DNA from: Prochlorococcus sp. MIT 0801
Lineage (GTDB): Bacteria; Cyanobacteriota; Cyanobacteriia; PCC-6307; Cyanobiaceae
Assembly: GCF_000757865.1 (NCBI RefSeq)
Contig: NZ_CP007754.1
Coordinates: 1,110,001-1,142,000, forward strand
Direction of reading: 5' to 3'
DNA: 32,000 bases
Part shown: positions 31,805 to 32,000 of the stretch, piece by piece
Numbering within the stretch: the stretch's first letter is position 1
Layout of the letters: every line of letters starts with the position of its first letter
Made by a program: the position numbers and the translations under genes
Notes under the pieces: model-generated
Database searches by the model: none
What the model was told of the DNA's origin: nothing
What the model saw: the letters and a program-made list of their open reading frames with translations, nothing else

Positions 31805-32000
31805 CAGGTAAAATCGAAAGCTAAGATTGTGATTACTTATTCAATATAAAAGCACTTTTTAAATCTAATGAACATAAGTAATTAATCCGATAAAAGTCAG
31901 CCGTGTAAAAAAGGATGAATAATATCTAATAAAAAACAAGCAAAGATATTCCTAAAAAAGAAAAAGACAATGAGAAAAAAATCAAAAGTAATTCAGTTGT

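Noticed and set aside
1-32000. Search for CRISPR arrays, IS elements, integrase/recombinase or transposase genes, rRNA, tmRNA and RNase P RNA.
   Set aside because: There are no regularly spaced direct repeats. No ORF is long enough, or carries the right motifs, for a recombinase or transposase. No conserved RNA signature sequences were seen. The island therefore shows only relic signs of mobility.

Overview
This is AT-rich DNA: a hand count of a 100-nt spacer sample gives 30 G+C. It looks like a marine picocyanobacterium, most consistent with a hypervariable genomic island of a high-light-adapted Prochlorococcus-like chromosome. I cannot name the strain without a database. Only a few genes are recognisable. 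They are peptide deformylase (def), an ABM-domain protein, two tandem hli genes, a class-I glutamine amidotransferase, a DUF1499 protein, proline iminopeptidase (pip), a TPR-GT9 glycosyltransferase with a coupled small ORF, a HAD hydrolase, tRNA-Gly(CCC) and a SelO/YdiU-type protein. About 60 short ORFs (25-160 aa) surround them, and many were missed or mis-framed by the >=60-aa ORF track. No integrase, transposase, CRISPR array or rRNA is visible. The most interesting signals are listed here. (1) Three paralogous ~55-62-aa peptides share an invariant ECLQFGIC motif kept by synonymous-only changes, and they are interleaved with secreted or anchored acidic proteins (29.0-31.4 kb). (2) A conserved ~40-nt block with a compensated hairpin lies upstream of small hydrophobic peptides, in two copies (11.9 kb and 20.7 kb). 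(3) A CGUUC...AAGGAACG structured leader, resembling a glutamine riboswitch, precedes an unannotated DUF4278-like ORF. (4) An orphan 47-nt 3' half of a tRNA-Pro(UGG)-like gene sits next to the hli pair and looks like an integration scar. (5) Higher-GC patches (def, SelO, the DUF4278 locus) point to mosaic acquisition. (6) At least eight small-protein paralog families are scattered across the window, and three members are frameshifted. Functional calls for the small ORFs are inference only.
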